Assembly (NCBI GenBank): GCA_023205875.1
Contig: CP060758.1
Span: 248,001 to 312,000, forward strand
Source of the DNA: Chloropicon primus
Taxonomy: Eukaryota
Direction of reading: 5' to 3'
DNA length: 64,000 nucleotides
A model generated the notes under the pieces. It ran no database searches. It was given only the letters and a program-made list of their open reading frames with translations, and was not told the origin of the DNA. The translations under genes and the position numbers were made by a program. This document shows positions 48,901-57,568 of the stretch, piece after piece (the first letter of the stretch is position 1; every line of letters begins with the position of its first letter).

Positions 48901-50303
48901 AGGCCACACTGAGTACCATGTTATTCTCACGCTACCAGATGCTTTTGGGTAGGAAGGGGTTCCGAGCGTGGCGCAACCACATGCTGCTGTTGAATGAAAG
49001 GCGTGGCAAGGTTCGTCATTTCATTGTGGGCTGGCAAAGTCTGAACCTGAAAAGGTGCTTCCGGTCATGGAAAATTTGTGTCGATCAGGAGCAGATGATT
49101 GCAGCACTGGACGCTCTGGTGCTGAGCGGTGCTTTTGAAAAATGGAGAATGAAAGTAGCGAATTCAAGGATTCGCTACTCTGCCATCGACAACGTGTTCT
49201 GCATGAAAAAAGCGAGCCTGGCTCATTGCTTCAGGAGCTGGGCTGCTCATGTCAGGAAGGAGAAACTTGTCCTCCAAAAGTTCGCCCTAGTTGGGAAGAC
49301 GACGATGAAAGCCTCCTTCATGAAGCACTGGAGGCAGTACACCGGGTACAAAAAGAGCAAGCGCAGCTTGAGCGAGAAGCTCATTCTCCACTACAGGTTC
49401 AGGGTGGCAACAAAGTTCTTCAAGGCCTGGGCACGACACACTGCCCTGCGAGCTGAGAGGCTGCGGATGGTGAAGACGTTCATTGGCAGGTGGCTCGGGA
49501 TGAGTTTGCAGAAGCACTTCAGTTGCTGGGCAGTCAAGGTAGCCAGGAAGAAGTATATATTGAAGCAAATCTCAATTTCCGGGAGCGAGCACGACAAAAG
49601 GATACAGCTTGGAGTCTTCCGCTACTGGAAGCAATGTACGGACCAGATCAAAAAGCACAGAAGCAAGGCCGAGGAATACATCGTTCGTAACGGCCACTCA
49701 CGCAAGAGGAAATTGCTGCACAAGCAGTTCTGTCACTGGAGGTCTTTGAAATCCATGCGACAGGACATGGAAAGGGTGCTGCAGGACCGACGTGCTTTCA
49801 TAGCGATCTCGAGAGCGTTCAAGCACTGGAGAAGCGTGCATGCTCAGAAGGTCAAGTTGTCACAAATGATGAGACAAGAGCACGACGTGAAAGTGAGGGG
49901 CAATGTATTCAATTCCTGGCACAAAACCACACTGCAGAAGATCGCCTTCAGAAAGTACAGGCAAAAGCAGAAGTGGTTCCTCCGATGGAAGTTTGAGGCC
50001 ACGCTGAAAGAGAGCTTCTACGAGGAGAACGTCGTCTTGGAGCAGGCGAATCTTGGTTTGGATGACAGCGCTGGCAATGCGTTCTACCCTGACGTTCTGA
50101 GAAGTTCCTACACCAAAGCGATCGAAGACGTGGGCCTGCTCGAGGCCAAAATTGCGTCTTTCTCAGACGAAAGACAATCTTTCATGGCCAGCCCTCCGAA
50201 GTTCGAGGACTCTTTGCTGGACGACACAGAAGCGATCCTCAACGAGTTGGACAGCCAAAGCTCAAAGATAAGGAGGCGGCTGGCGGAAATGAAAACACCT
50301 TAG
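39951..50303 (+). CDS. Giant Sfi1-like (centrin-binding) repeat protein, ~3450 aa
   Basis: Uninterrupted ORF with dozens of ~33-aa units ending L..xF..W; small N-terminal globular region (GKFLQARRK...WEQF); ATG at 39951. Confidence 0.75.
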   Translation: MAEEGWLPREGDVVVLWLESEQVGVTVTVEEGQEKVLLKQWRDISELCADPGAPFFAFKKQDYVGFKSCKTGKFLQARRKHPHKLATYSNFWGVWEQFRIKKCSRVVSSRVRGWKSSILLLQPRQLPNAVLSLGCYFLTTSMAPTRAAPRSIAAGEGIPVKKVEALNISMKLVHSFARKCSSRFLRSALTSWRDAATRRRLLHSICSNMRKHLCRRLLMSVLKRWRHRIVRKKRQDVFVERMRAKKQKKDGNACFSWWREYSASKRMKGIHVRKLKEMQKRRRTRRLLKEWKAYSHENKSCAAKQKNSLTKFEANRKRRIIRAWFSSLQQHKEQEKHVHRSIRVRQNSELRNIIYKWSILTEREKYTSTCNALVTRMMNRLYLHRVFDHWSYLVQECVQVRHKVQTCIVRLSIRHMTDAFEAWLSYTSDQRARMHLLNVVTQRMQRLRLTHCFGTWWSNVGYLGQVQRKLQRCVMQLAHRKLVHVFETWLTYVDQQRALACARAKANRMGDARRQDAMYASLMIWAERAHAWKMKRYRMKRAVMHMNRLCLHRTFGKWLNYVRRILVEHMVLHKVMLRMQRLRLSHCFGTWLSNVGYLGQVRRKLQRRVTQIAYQKIAGAFEAWLTYVDQQRALACARAKANRMGDARRQDAMYASLMIWADRAHAWKMKRYRMKRAVMHMNRLCLHRVFDHWSYLVQECVQVRHKVQTCIVRLSIRHMTDAFEAWLSYTSDQRARMHLLNVVTQRMQRLRLTHCFGTWWSNVGYLGQVQRKLQRCVMQLAHRKLVHVFETWLTYVDQQRALACARAKANRMGDARRQDAMYASLMIWAERAHAWKMKRYRMKRAVMHMNRLCLHRTFGKWLNYVRRILVEHMVLHKVMLRMQRLRLSHCFGTWLSNVGYLGQVRRKLQRRVTQIAYQKIAGAFEAWLTYVDQQRALACARAKANRMGDARRQDAMYASLMIWADRAHAWKMKRYRMKRAVMHMNRLCLHRVFDHWSYLVQECVQVRHKVQTCIVRLSIRHMTDAFEAWLSYTSDQRARMHLLNVVTQRMQRLRLTHCFGTWWSNVDYLGQVQRKLQRCVMQLAHRKLVHVFETWLTYVDQQRALACARAKANRMGDARRQDAMYASLMIWAERAHAWKMKRYRMKRAVMHMNRLCLHRTFGKWLNYVRRILVEHMVLHKVMLRMQRLRLSHCFGTWLSNVGYLGQVRRKLQRRVTQIAYQKIAGAFEAWLTYVDQQRALACARAKANRMGDARRQDAMYASLMIWADRAHAWKMKRYRMKRAVMHIHRLYLHQSFGKWSNYVQNILVERMVMHKVILRMQRLHMSQCFETWWSNVDYLGQVRRKLQRCFDHRRHRNLFHAFETWLSYVDEQHALANARSKANRIADVRRQDAMYASLMAWAERAHAWKMKRYRMKRAVMHIHRLYLHQSFGKWSNYVQNILVERMVMHKVILRMQRLHMSQCFETWWSNVDYLGQVRRKLQRCVMHMSYRNLVHAFETWLSYVDEQHALAIARSKANRIADVRRQDAMYASLMIWAERAHAWKMKRYRMKRAVMHIHRLYLHQSFGKWSNYVQNILVERMVMHKVILRMQRLHMSQCFETWWSNVDYLGQVRRKLQRCFDHRRHRNLVHAFETWLSYVDEQHALANARSKANRIADVRRQDAMYASLMAWAERAHAWKMKRYRMKRAVMHIHRLYLHQSFGKWSNYVQNILVERMVMHKVILRMQRLHMSQCFETWWSNVDYLGQVRRKLQRCFDHRRHRNLVHAFETWLSYVDEQHALANARSKANRIADVRRQDAMYASLMAWAERAHAWKMKRYRMKRAVMHIHRLYLHQSFGKWSNYVQNILVERMVMHKVILRMQRLHMSQCFETWWSNVDYLGQVRRKLQRCVMHMSYRNLFHAFETWLSYVDEQHALAIARSKANRIADVRRQDAMYASLMIWAERAHAWKMKRYRMKRAVMHIHRLYLHQSFGKWSNYVQNILVERMVMHKVILRMQRLHMSQCFETWWSNVDYLGQVRRTLQRCFDHRRHRNLFHAFETWLSYVDEQHALANARSKANRIADVRRQDAMYASLMIWAERAHAWKMKRYRMKRAVMHIHRLYLHQSFGKWSNYVQNILVERMVMHKVILRMQRLHMSQCFETWWSNVDYLGQVRRKLQRCFDHRRHRNLVHAFETWLSYVDEQHALANARSKANRIADVRRQDAMYASLMIWAERAHAWKMKRYRMKRAVMHIHRLYLHQSFGKWSNYVQNILVERMVMHKVILRMQRLHMSQCFETWWSNVDYLGQVRRKLQRCVMHMSYRNLFHAFETWLSYMDEQRALANARSKANRIADVRRQDAMYASLMAWAERAHAWKMKRYRMKRAVMHIHRLYLHQSFGKWLNYVQNILVERMVMHKVILRMQRLHMSQCFETWWSNVDHLRQMRWKVQRFVLRWSLFCMSYYFWEWQDWVEIKMRKKKRLERALLSIEGLKLYHSFGKWLSYVHNHLKKKMLLQKIVFRMQKVHVAQGFYTWRSNIHYLHMIQIRLQRALTHIAYRTFRAVFDGWASRILLWQSKRYRVRRAVMHIHRLYLHQSFGKWSNYVQNILVERMVMHKVILRMQRLHMSQCFETWWSNVDYLGQVRRKLQRCVMHMSYRNLVHAFETWLSYVDEQHALANARSKANRIADVRRQDAMYASLMAWAERAHAWKMKRYRMKRAVMHIHRLYLHQSFGKWLGYVGMVSKEKTLLHKVILRMQRLHLCQCFETWWSNVDYLGQVRRKLERCLIRYTHRSLVLAFGSWLRWTNISKATNCRLKQAVRKIERLSMCHSFQMWLSAVDESSHDRQLLLKVITRMQRLHMSQCFETWWSNVDYLGQVRRKVQRCVMQMSHHNVVYAFETWMSYVDEQRALVAANVLAESHFRKFTTSSTFLKWWKLVRFGKAVNLSHLKTKYDGVLLYSAFSGWFLLCRKSVGDKNVAKRYLSVGVSRVRLASFKRWVGYVNFKRREATLSTMLFSRYQMLLGRKGFRAWRNHMLLLNERRGKVRHFIVGWQSLNLKRCFRSWKICVDQEQMIAALDALVLSGAFEKWRMKVANSRIRYSAIDNVFCMKKASLAHCFRSWAAHVRKEKLVLQKFALVGKTTMKASFMKHWRQYTGYKKSKRSLSEKLILHYRFRVATKFFKAWARHTALRAERLRMVKTFIGRWLGMSLQKHFSCWAVKVARKKYILKQISISGSEHDKRIQLGVFRYWKQCTDQIKKHRSKAEEYIVRNGHSRKRKLLHKQFCHWRSLKSMRQDMERVLQDRRAFIAISRAFKHWRSVHAQKVKLSQMMRQEHDVKVRGNVFNSWHKTTLQKIAFRKYRQKQKWFLRWKFEATLKESFYEENVVLEQANLGLDDSAGNAFYPDVLRSSYTKAIEDVGLLEAKIASFSDERQSFMASPPKFEDSLLDDTEAILNELDSQSSKIRRRLAEMKTP
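41098..43810. repeat. Coding tandem repeat, 909-bp unit x3
   Basis: Identical shadow ORFs at 909-bp spacing (41423/42332/43241; 41450/42359/43268). Confidence 0.92.
43810..48230. repeat. Coding tandem repeat, 405-bp unit x~8, plus a further copy after a unique spacer
   Basis: Shadow ORFs at 43897, 44302, 44707, 45112, 45517, 45922, 46327, 46732, then 47731. Confidence 0.92.
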
Positions 50304-50349
50304 AAAAGACACTTGTTGTTGCTTGCAAATCACAAAGTTTATCATGCCA

Positions 50350-51399
50350 TCACTCCCTCTTCCCCTCGTAGCCGTACGGGTTATTGCTTGCCCAGGTCCA
50401 CTGGTCTTTGCAGGCATCTTCGATGGTGAGCTTCGCGGTCCAGCCAAGCTCCTCCTTTGCGAGATCAGGCGAGCAGAAGAGTTCCGCGACGTCGCCGGGC
50501 CTCCTGTCCGCCATCTTCGTCGGGATTTTCTTCCCACACGCGAGCTCAAACGCCTTCACGATCTCAAGCACGGTCGTGCCGATGCCCGTCCCAAGGTTGT
50601 AAACCTTGCACTTGACATCGTCCTCGCTCTGGAGCTTCTTCAATGCAGCGATGTGGCCCTCAGCCAAGTCCACGACGTGGATGTAGTCCCTCGATCCCGT
50701 GCCGTCCCTGGTGTTGTAATCCGATCCAAAAACGCTGAGCTCCTTCCTTCTTCCCACGGCCACCTGCTGCACGTAAGGCATGAGGTTGTTGGGAATGCCC
50801 TTGGGGTCCTCCCCAATCAGCCCGGACGGGTGGGCACCGACTGGGTTGAAGTAACGCAACAGAATTATCCGCCACTCCGGATCGCTCTTGCTCAGGTCCC
50901 TCAAGATCTCCTCGATGAAAAGCTTGGTCCTCCCGTACGGGTTCGTCGCGGACAACGGAAAGTGTTCCAGGACGGGGACCTCCTTCGCGTCGCCGTAGAC
51001 CGTCGCAGAGGACGAGAATATGAACTTCTTGCACCCATACTTGGACAAGAGGTTGAGCAACGTTACGGTTCCCCCGATGTTGTTCTCGTAATAGCTCAGT
51101 GGCTTCGCCACGCTCTCGCCCACCGCCTTGTACCCCGCGAAATGTATGCAGGCGTCGAACTTCACCTCCTTGAGGAGTCTCTCCGTCCCCTCCGCGTCGC
51201 AGATGTCAAGCTCCTCCACTCGGAGGTTCCCGTACCTCTCATCCCCAACCAGCGTCCTGATTCTGTCCTTCACTTTGAGACTCGCGTTGAACATGTTGTC
51301 CATGACGCAGACTCTGCACCCTTGCTTCAGCAAAGGGACGACGGTATGGGAACCGATGAAGCCCAAGCCTCCCGTCACGAGAACGCTGCACCCATCCAT
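50350..51399 (-). CDS. GALE: UDP-glucose 4-epimerase
   Basis: [66 protein letters not shown]. Confidence 0.96.
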   Translation of the reverse strand: MDGCSVLVTGGLGFIGSHTVVPLLKQGCRVCVMDNMFNASLKVKDRIRTLVGDERYGNLRVEELDICDAEGTERLLKEVKFDACIHFAGYKAVGESVAKPLSYYENNIGGTVTLLNLLSKYGCKKFIFSSSATVYGDAKEVPVLEHFPLSATNPYGRTKLFIEEILRDLSKSDPEWRIILLRYFNPVGAHPSGLIGEDPKGIPNNLMPYVQQVAVGRRKELSVFGSDYNTRDGTGSRDYIHVVDLAEGHIAALKKLQSEDDVKCKVYNLGTGIGTTVLEIVKAFELACGKKIPTKMADRRPGDVAELFCSPDLAKEELGWTAKLTIEDACKDQWTWASNNPYGYEGKRE

Positions 51400-51590
51400 C
51401 GCCTAAACCTAAACCTTTTCGAAGGATCGACGGATTCAGCAGATGACAAGAGCACGACGTGTTCGCTTGTTCCCCCCTCTCCGCTTCTCTTCACGCGCGC
51501 CGCGCGCTTTGCTTTCGTCTGTCGTCGTCGCCAATCCTCTCCCTCCCTCTTCTTGATTGCGTCGATCGTAGCCTCTCGTTTAGGATGAGG

Positions 51591-51707
51591 CCAGGCAAGG
51601 ATGATGGAGGATGGAGGACCCAAGGCAAGGATGATGGATGATGGAGGATGGAGGACCCAAGGCAAGGATGATGGAGGATGGAGGACTCAAGGCAAGGATG
51701 ATGGAGG
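51591..51707. repeat. ~30-bp minisatellite (CAAGGCAAGGATGATGGAGGATGGAGGACC), ~3.7 copies
   Basis: Visible tandem copies, one with a 7-bp internal duplication. Confidence 0.85.
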
Positions 51708-51830
51708 GTATCGGATGGATGCGCCGTCTTCGTAATGATGGGATGTAACATATCCTATCTTATTTTTGGTACAACAAAAAGATTATTATTAGAACAGTTC
51801 TAGGCCTTAGGGTTCCCCGGTCGCTGCGGC

Positions 51831-53648
51831 CTAAACCCAATCTACATCTAGGTTTGGCGCAGGAGCTGCCCCACACGTGGTTGAACATAAGGAAGAGAAG
51901 GAGTCCTTGGGGTTGTAAATGAGCTCCAAGTTCTTCCTGGTCTCGAGCATGGTTATGGCCTCAACTCTCTGCCTCGACGTCTCCTCCAAGTTCGTGAGGC
52001 ATTGCGCGTTCAGAGAATTGACGTGGATCTCCATGACCTTGACCTTGGTGAGAGCCTTGCAGGTCGCTACCCTTGGTGACGTTCCTTTTGGGTTTTTGAT
52101 ACTCCTCAGAGCCGAAATCTCACCAATGGAGCCTCCCTTCCCAACAACCAGCGCACGGGGCCGCAAGGGTTGGCTCTTCTCCGTCCATTTCCCCCCCCTC
52201 TTGCCGTCGCCCCTCAGCTTCATGAGCATCTTCGTCGTCTCCGACTTGTACATCTCTGACATCGAGTTGGTCGCGACTCCGTACTCCAAGTCGAACGTGA
52301 TGTTGTCGCCGTCATACGCCGACAACTTCTCCAGCCTGGCCGCATCCTCGTCCTCGTCCGGGAACTCTTCCTCCGCGTTGGTCGAGGCGGAGTAACCAGA
52401 ATCCTTCACTTTGTCCGCCGACGACCAGAAATCGATGACTTGGACCTCGCCGCTCAAGATGAAAAACACTGTGTTTCCCGACTCCCCCTTCTTGAAAATC
52501 GTCTCGCCTCGCTTATACGTCGCGAACACGCTACTGTTGCCCAGGTTCTTCATCGGCTCCGTGTTGAAGCTCTCCATGATCGCCTTCTTCAGCATGAACC
52601 TCTTCAGCCACGTGTTGTTCACGATCTCTTTCATGCCGAACCGTTTTACCGGACAAGGCTCCAGCATCCCAGCCAAAAGCTTCGTGATCTCCTTGGAGAG
52701 GTCCTTCCGGAACTCCACTTTTCCCTCGAGTATGTTGTTGTAGACCTGAAACTTGTTCGTCCCCGGGAACGGCAGCCTGCCGTGCAACATGATGTACAAG
52801 CATATCCCCAAGGCCCACACATCGCTCTTGTACGAGTAGTTCGGCTCCTCTTCAGTCCCGTTCACGATCTCCGGAGCGCAGTACGCCGGGGTCGTCCTCC
52901 TCCTCTGGGGACAGCTAAAGTGAGCAGCTGAATCCATGTCACTTATCTTTAACCTTTCCCCAGACATGAGCATGTTCTTCAGCGTCAGGTCCCCGTGGAT
53001 GATTCCCCGGCTGTGGAGGTACTGCGTTCCGGTGATCATCTGCAAGAAAAGGCCCTTGACCCGAGAGAGCCTCATCGGGGTGCACTCCTTGGTGTAGCTG
53101 TCCTCACTCATGACGTGACCACCGTCCGCATACTCCATGGCTATGACGTAGAACTCGCCATTGGAGTCTTTGATAAGGCTGTTGCTCCGTATGACGTTCG
53201 GGTGGTCAAGGAGCATCAAGAACGTGCAGTACTTGGCGAACCCGAGGTTAAGCATCGAGAAGTCCTTCTTGCTCAGTATCTTCAACGCTTCCAAAGACCC
53301 CGTCTTGATGTTGATGCCAAGCTTTACCGTGGCCAGCGATCCCGTATTTATGTGCCGTAGCAAGATGTAGTTCCTGAAGTGCATGACGCCCCTCTTGTCC
53401 TTCATCACGCAGTCCACGTTGAGCTTCATCTCCGACAGGCGAAGAACTTCCTCCACGTCTTTCCGCAGCTTGTTGCTCTTCTTGTTCCTTTCTTTCTTAC
53501 TCCTCGTGGGCGTCATTTGATTTCTTTCTTCTCCGCTCTCGGATTTCCTCGCCCCACGGACACAACTGGAAAGGTACCTGTACAACCTCACGTAGGGGCA
53601 TTTCACGTGTCCGGTGACTCCCGCCTGACACACCTCTTCCAGTTCCAT
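51831..53648 (-). CDS. Ser/Thr protein kinase (CAMK/CaMKK-like) with C-terminal cNMP-binding domain
   Basis: EALKIL, HGDLTLKN, TPAYCAPE, DVWALGICLY; then YKRGETIFKKGESGNTVFFILSGEVQV...IGEISAL...PRVATCKALT; first ATG at 53648. Confidence 0.82.
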   Translation of the reverse strand: MELEEVCQAGVTGHVKCPYVRLYRYLSSCVRGARKSESGEERNQMTPTRSKKERNKKSNKLRKDVEEVLRLSEMKLNVDCVMKDKRGVMHFRNYILLRHINTGSLATVKLGINIKTGSLEALKILSKKDFSMLNLGFAKYCTFLMLLDHPNVIRSNSLIKDSNGEFYVIAMEYADGGHVMSEDSYTKECTPMRLSRVKGLFLQMITGTQYLHSRGIIHGDLTLKNMLMSGERLKISDMDSAAHFSCPQRRRTTPAYCAPEIVNGTEEEPNYSYKSDVWALGICLYIMLHGRLPFPGTNKFQVYNNILEGKVEFRKDLSKEITKLLAGMLEPCPVKRFGMKEIVNNTWLKRFMLKKAIMESFNTEPMKNLGNSSVFATYKRGETIFKKGESGNTVFFILSGEVQVIDFWSSADKVKDSGYSASTNAEEEFPDEDEDAARLEKLSAYDGDNITFDLEYGVATNSMSEMYKSETTKMLMKLRGDGKRGGKWTEKSQPLRPRALVVGKGGSIGEISALRSIKNPKGTSPRVATCKALTKVKVMEIHVNSLNAQCLTNLEETSRQRVEAITMLETRKNLELIYNPKDSFSSLCSTTCGAAPAPNLDVDWV

Positions 53649-54053
53649 CCTCCACTCCCACTTCGCCACCCCTGCCTTGCTACCTTCCACTCCACCTTGT
53701 GGGAGAAGTCCCAACCCAACCCACCCCCCCTGCTTTGCCTTCCTTCCCTGGCTTGGCTCCTGGCTTGGCTCTGTTGCTCTTCGCTCTCGTCGCTCCTTTC
53801 CTTGTTGCTCCGAGCGCGGACGAACGGTATGGCAGCAGGACAAGCGAAGCGGCGAGTGCTTGGTACCAAGAGCAAGGCAAGGCGCTTGCTCCCTTGGAGA
53901 AGGAGGAAGTACGACCAAGGCGCTTGCTCGTCGTGGCTCGTCGTGGCTCGTCGTGACTTCTTCTAAAAGTGGTTTAGAAGAAGCAAAACTGCAAACAAGG
54001 TTTCCATCCTCTCGCTAAGCTATAACGCAAAGACTTGATCCGCCCTCGCTAAA

Positions 54054-54111
54054 CGAGACAGAGACAAGAGACAAGAGACAAGAGACAAGAGACAAGAGAC
54101 AAGAGACAAGA
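54054..54111. repeat. GAGACAA heptamer microsatellite
   Basis: About 7-8 tandem copies in an intergenic region. Confidence 0.85.
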
Positions 54112-54674
54112 GAAGGTCGAAGAAGAAATAGGAGTAACCAAGAACAAGAGAGGAGAGGAGAGGAGAGGAGAACGATGAGAACAGAGAGAGAGAGAGAGCA
54201 AAGGAGGACAAGGACGCGCGAAAAGATCCCCCCCCAACCCAGAGACTCTCGAAACGTCATAAGGCAGACGGAGCCAATGAGGAGTCACAATGAAAAGAAC
54301 CCTTGGTAATGATAATCATAGCCATCAAACCCCCAAAAGAAAAGAACCCTTGGTTCGGGTTCCAGGTCTTATGCTTATGATTCTTCCCAATCCTTTCCTT
54401 CCTAAAAACGGACGCACCTTCGTATCTTCGCCCTTCGCTCTTCTCTCTCTCTCTTCTTTGCGGAGACGCCTCCTGCGGTCTCCGCAATTGTGGATAAAGT
54501 GAGAGCGATCTCCTCCGAACAGAGAGCGAATCGTCGATCAAGCGAGGCGACGACGAAGGCGAAGGCGAAGGCAAGCGCTCTCCCTCCCTCCCTCTCTCTT
54601 CCCCACCCGCCGCCGCCGCCGCCGCTCCCCCCCCTCCTCGCTTACCCTCCGCCGTCGTCCTCGTTTCCGCGAGG

Positions 54675-57440
54675 ATGAGCGGCGTCCAGTGCAGACGCAG
54701 AGGGAAGGTGAAGCATGGAGCATGGGTGAAGCAGCAAGAACACTATGGCTCCTCGACGAGGGCGAGGCCTCGTCGCCGCGTTCGAGAAGGAGGGAGAAGG
54801 AGAAGGGAAGGAGGATCTGGATCTACCTTCTTTGGTTCCGTGAGGCTGGCCGCGTCGGGTTCCACGACGACGACGACGACGATGAACTTGCCGTCTCCTG
54901 CGAGGAGGTTGCAGAGGTTGGAGGTGCCGTGTCTGGTGGCCAAGGTGACGCCTGAGGACGTGCTCGGGTCCTCGTCCGCCTGGAGGGAGCTCCAGACTTG
55001 CTTGAGGAACACCTCGGAAGCGAGGAGCCAAGGGAGAGGGAGCGGCCTGTCTGCCGTTGTCATCTTTGGCTCGGACGACGCCAACAAGCTCTACGAGGCG
55101 GGCATCAAGGCGAAGGAGGTGATGAAGAGCTTCCCGGCGGTGCCTCTTCTGCTGCACGGGAGGCCGGACATCGCGGCGGCTTGCGGGTGCGAGGGCGTCG
55201 TGCTCTCCGCGACGGACATCCCCACCGTGGCAGCGAGAAAAATTTTGGGGAACGACGAGAGCGGCGACGAGCAGGCCTCTATCGTGGTGAGGGAGGTCTC
55301 CGACGCGGAGACTGCTAGGACGAGCGCGGAGCAGGGCGCGTCCGCACTTCTCGTGGACTGCTCGCCGGGTAACGAAGTCGACCTCGACGCGATCAAGTCG
55401 TCCCAGCGTGGCGCGGCGTCCATTCCGGTGCTGGTCAGCATGGGCGCGGGCTCAGAGGCGGACGGGCCCGCCGCGCTCGAGGACATCGACGGGTTTGTGG
55501 GAGACATGGGAGCGCTGACGGACCTCGGGAACCATTTTAGGGGCAAGGGCCCCGGGTCCAAGTTTGCGGACATCTTCAGCAACGCGCTGCTGTCGAGAGA
55601 GGAGCGGGAGTCCTCCGCCAACGAGGGTTCGTCGCCAGATTCGTTCCTCACGTCGCCGGCAAAGGAAAGCGGTCCCGACGCCAGTGCCCCGAAGGAGCTC
55701 AAAAAAGGAATTGAGGGGGGGTTGAGAGACCTTCAAGCCGTGGTGAACGAGAAGGCCCCTCGGCTGATTGACGGCCAGGAAGGCAACGCGTCCACGCTTA
55801 TCTCCGATGCGTTGGAGGCCCTGAATGAGGCGATCCTCCTCGTGATCGTGGGCGAATTCAACGCAGGAAAGTCCTCCGTGATCAACGCGCTTCTCAGAGA
55901 GCCGATGCTTCCCACCGGGGTGGTGCCCACGACGAACGAGATCTGCATGATCAAGTACGGGGACGAGATGGAAATGACGCAGCAGGAGGACGGGACCTTC
56001 CTCAAGTTGGTTCCTTGTGACATGCTGAAGGCGATGACGATCGTGGACACGCCCGGCACGAATGTCGTGCTGGAGAGACAGCAGAAGCTGACGGAGGACT
56101 TCATTCCCAAAGCGGACCTGGTCCTGTTCACGCTGAGCGCGGACAGACCCTTGTCAGAAAGCGAGACGAAGTTCATGGCCTTCATCAAGCAGTGGAGCAA
56201 AAAGATCGTTTTTGTTCTCAACAAGAAGGAGCTGCTGACGGACCAAGAGGTCACGGAGGTCTCCTCATTCGTGCAAAGCAACGCCTCCCAGATACTGGGC
56301 CTGCAGGAGCCGAGGATTTACCCCGTCTCCGCAAAGTTGGAGGAGGAAAACAGCGCCGACAGCGGCTTTGGTCAGCTCAACCAGGTGATCAAGGACTCGA
56401 CGGGAGCCGCGCTTGGAGACGGCTGGAAGCTTAAGTTCCAAACCGCTTTGTCGCTGGGACAATCGCTTTGCAATGCCCTGAAGGAACAGATAAGGGTCAA
56501 GAACGAAGTGCTGGTGCAAGAGACGAAAGTCGTCGAATCGATCGCAAAGCAGATGAAGAAGTTCAGCCGGGAGATGCAGAGAGATGCGAATGTACAATAC
56601 TCAAACATGAACCGTTCGATGGATTCTGTTTTCAAGGCCACGGAGGAGCTGACGGACAACTTGCTGTCCCTCAACAATGCCAAGGACATCAGCGGGTACA
56701 TTTCGGGCAAGGACACTGTGAAGGCCTCTCCGAGTGCAGAGATCCTCAGCAATTTCGAGGAAGCTTTGAGGACCGCAGTAGCAGAGCACAGGGGCTGGCT
56801 GCTGGAGAACTGCAACCAGCAGCTCTCGTACTACAGCGCATTCCTGAACGAGAAAGCAAGCGACCTTGCCTCCCAGAAAAACAACTTGTCCTCCTCCGTG
56901 CAGTCCTCTGATGGTAGCTTGGGAGCACCAGTAGCCTGTGAGCTGGGCGAGCTGCTGAAGGACAGACTGAATGCGGAAGAGGCCTTGCTCTCGATGTCCT
57001 CGGAGGTGCTGACAGAGGTGTACGAGACTTCCGTGAAGGAGGCCGCAACGACCTCGTTTGGTACGGCCGGGGGCGCAGTCGTGGTGGCCCTGTTCCTGAC
57101 CTTCCTCCTCAACAGCTTCACGGAAGATCTCGTCGTCCTTGCTTTTGGCGCTGTCGTGGCGTACTTGAGCCTGCAAAGCATTCCGCTTCAAAGAGCACAG
57201 GTCAATTTCTCGATCAGGTCCAAGCTTCAAGACTACATCAAGTCCTTGACCGACGCCTTGAAGAAGGATTTGGAAGTGGCCGTGGAGGAGACCTCTCAAA
57301 GGGTGGAAGCTATGACTGTGCCGGTAGAAGAAATGATTTCGAGCGAGAAGGACGAGCTGGAGAGGCTGAGGAACCAGCAGGAAGAGCTAGAATCAAATTT
57401 CGAGGACTTGCTGGTGAAAGTGAGTGCTCTCAAGGGGTAA
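54675..57440 (+). CDS. FZL: Fzo-like chloroplast dynamin-related GTPase
   Basis: Thiamine-phosphate-synthase-like N-domain (RPDIAAACGCEGVVLS), VIVGEFNAGKSSVINALL, VVPTTNEI, IVDTPGTNVVLERQQKLTEDFIPKADL, two C-terminal TM helices. Confidence 0.9.
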   Translation: MSGVQCRRRGKVKHGAWVKQQEHYGSSTRARPRRRVREGGRRRREGGSGSTFFGSVRLAASGSTTTTTTMNLPSPARRLQRLEVPCLVAKVTPEDVLGSSSAWRELQTCLRNTSEARSQGRGSGLSAVVIFGSDDANKLYEAGIKAKEVMKSFPAVPLLLHGRPDIAAACGCEGVVLSATDIPTVAARKILGNDESGDEQASIVVREVSDAETARTSAEQGASALLVDCSPGNEVDLDAIKSSQRGAASIPVLVSMGAGSEADGPAALEDIDGFVGDMGALTDLGNHFRGKGPGSKFADIFSNALLSREERESSANEGSSPDSFLTSPAKESGPDASAPKELKKGIEGGLRDLQAVVNEKAPRLIDGQEGNASTLISDALEALNEAILLVIVGEFNAGKSSVINALLREPMLPTGVVPTTNEICMIKYGDEMEMTQQEDGTFLKLVPCDMLKAMTIVDTPGTNVVLERQQKLTEDFIPKADLVLFTLSADRPLSESETKFMAFIKQWSKKIVFVLNKKELLTDQEVTEVSSFVQSNASQILGLQEPRIYPVSAKLEEENSADSGFGQLNQVIKDSTGAALGDGWKLKFQTALSLGQSLCNALKEQIRVKNEVLVQETKVVESIAKQMKKFSREMQRDANVQYSNMNRSMDSVFKATEELTDNLLSLNNAKDISGYISGKDTVKASPSAEILSNFEEALRTAVAEHRGWLLENCNQQLSYYSAFLNEKASDLASQKNNLSSSVQSSDGSLGAPVACELGELLKDRLNAEEALLSMSSEVLTEVYETSVKEAATTSFGTAGGAVVVALFLTFLLNSFTEDLVVLAFGAVVAYLSLQSIPLQRAQVNFSIRSKLQDYIKSLTDALKKDLEVAVEETSQRVEAMTVPVEEMISSEKDELERLRNQQEELESNFEDLLVKVSALKG

Positions 57441-57568
57441 GGCTTGGGGGCCAGGGGAACAACGAAGGTAATAAACTTTTTGGACAATAACTTCGAGAAA
57501 AGTTTTTATTGAAACAAGAAATAGCATTTAATGTACAGCAAACATACACACGCGTGATGCTCAAGTAA

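Noticed and set aside
51591..51707. CRISPR-like array
   Set aside because: Tandem units without unique spacers; an ordinary minisatellite in a eukaryotic context.
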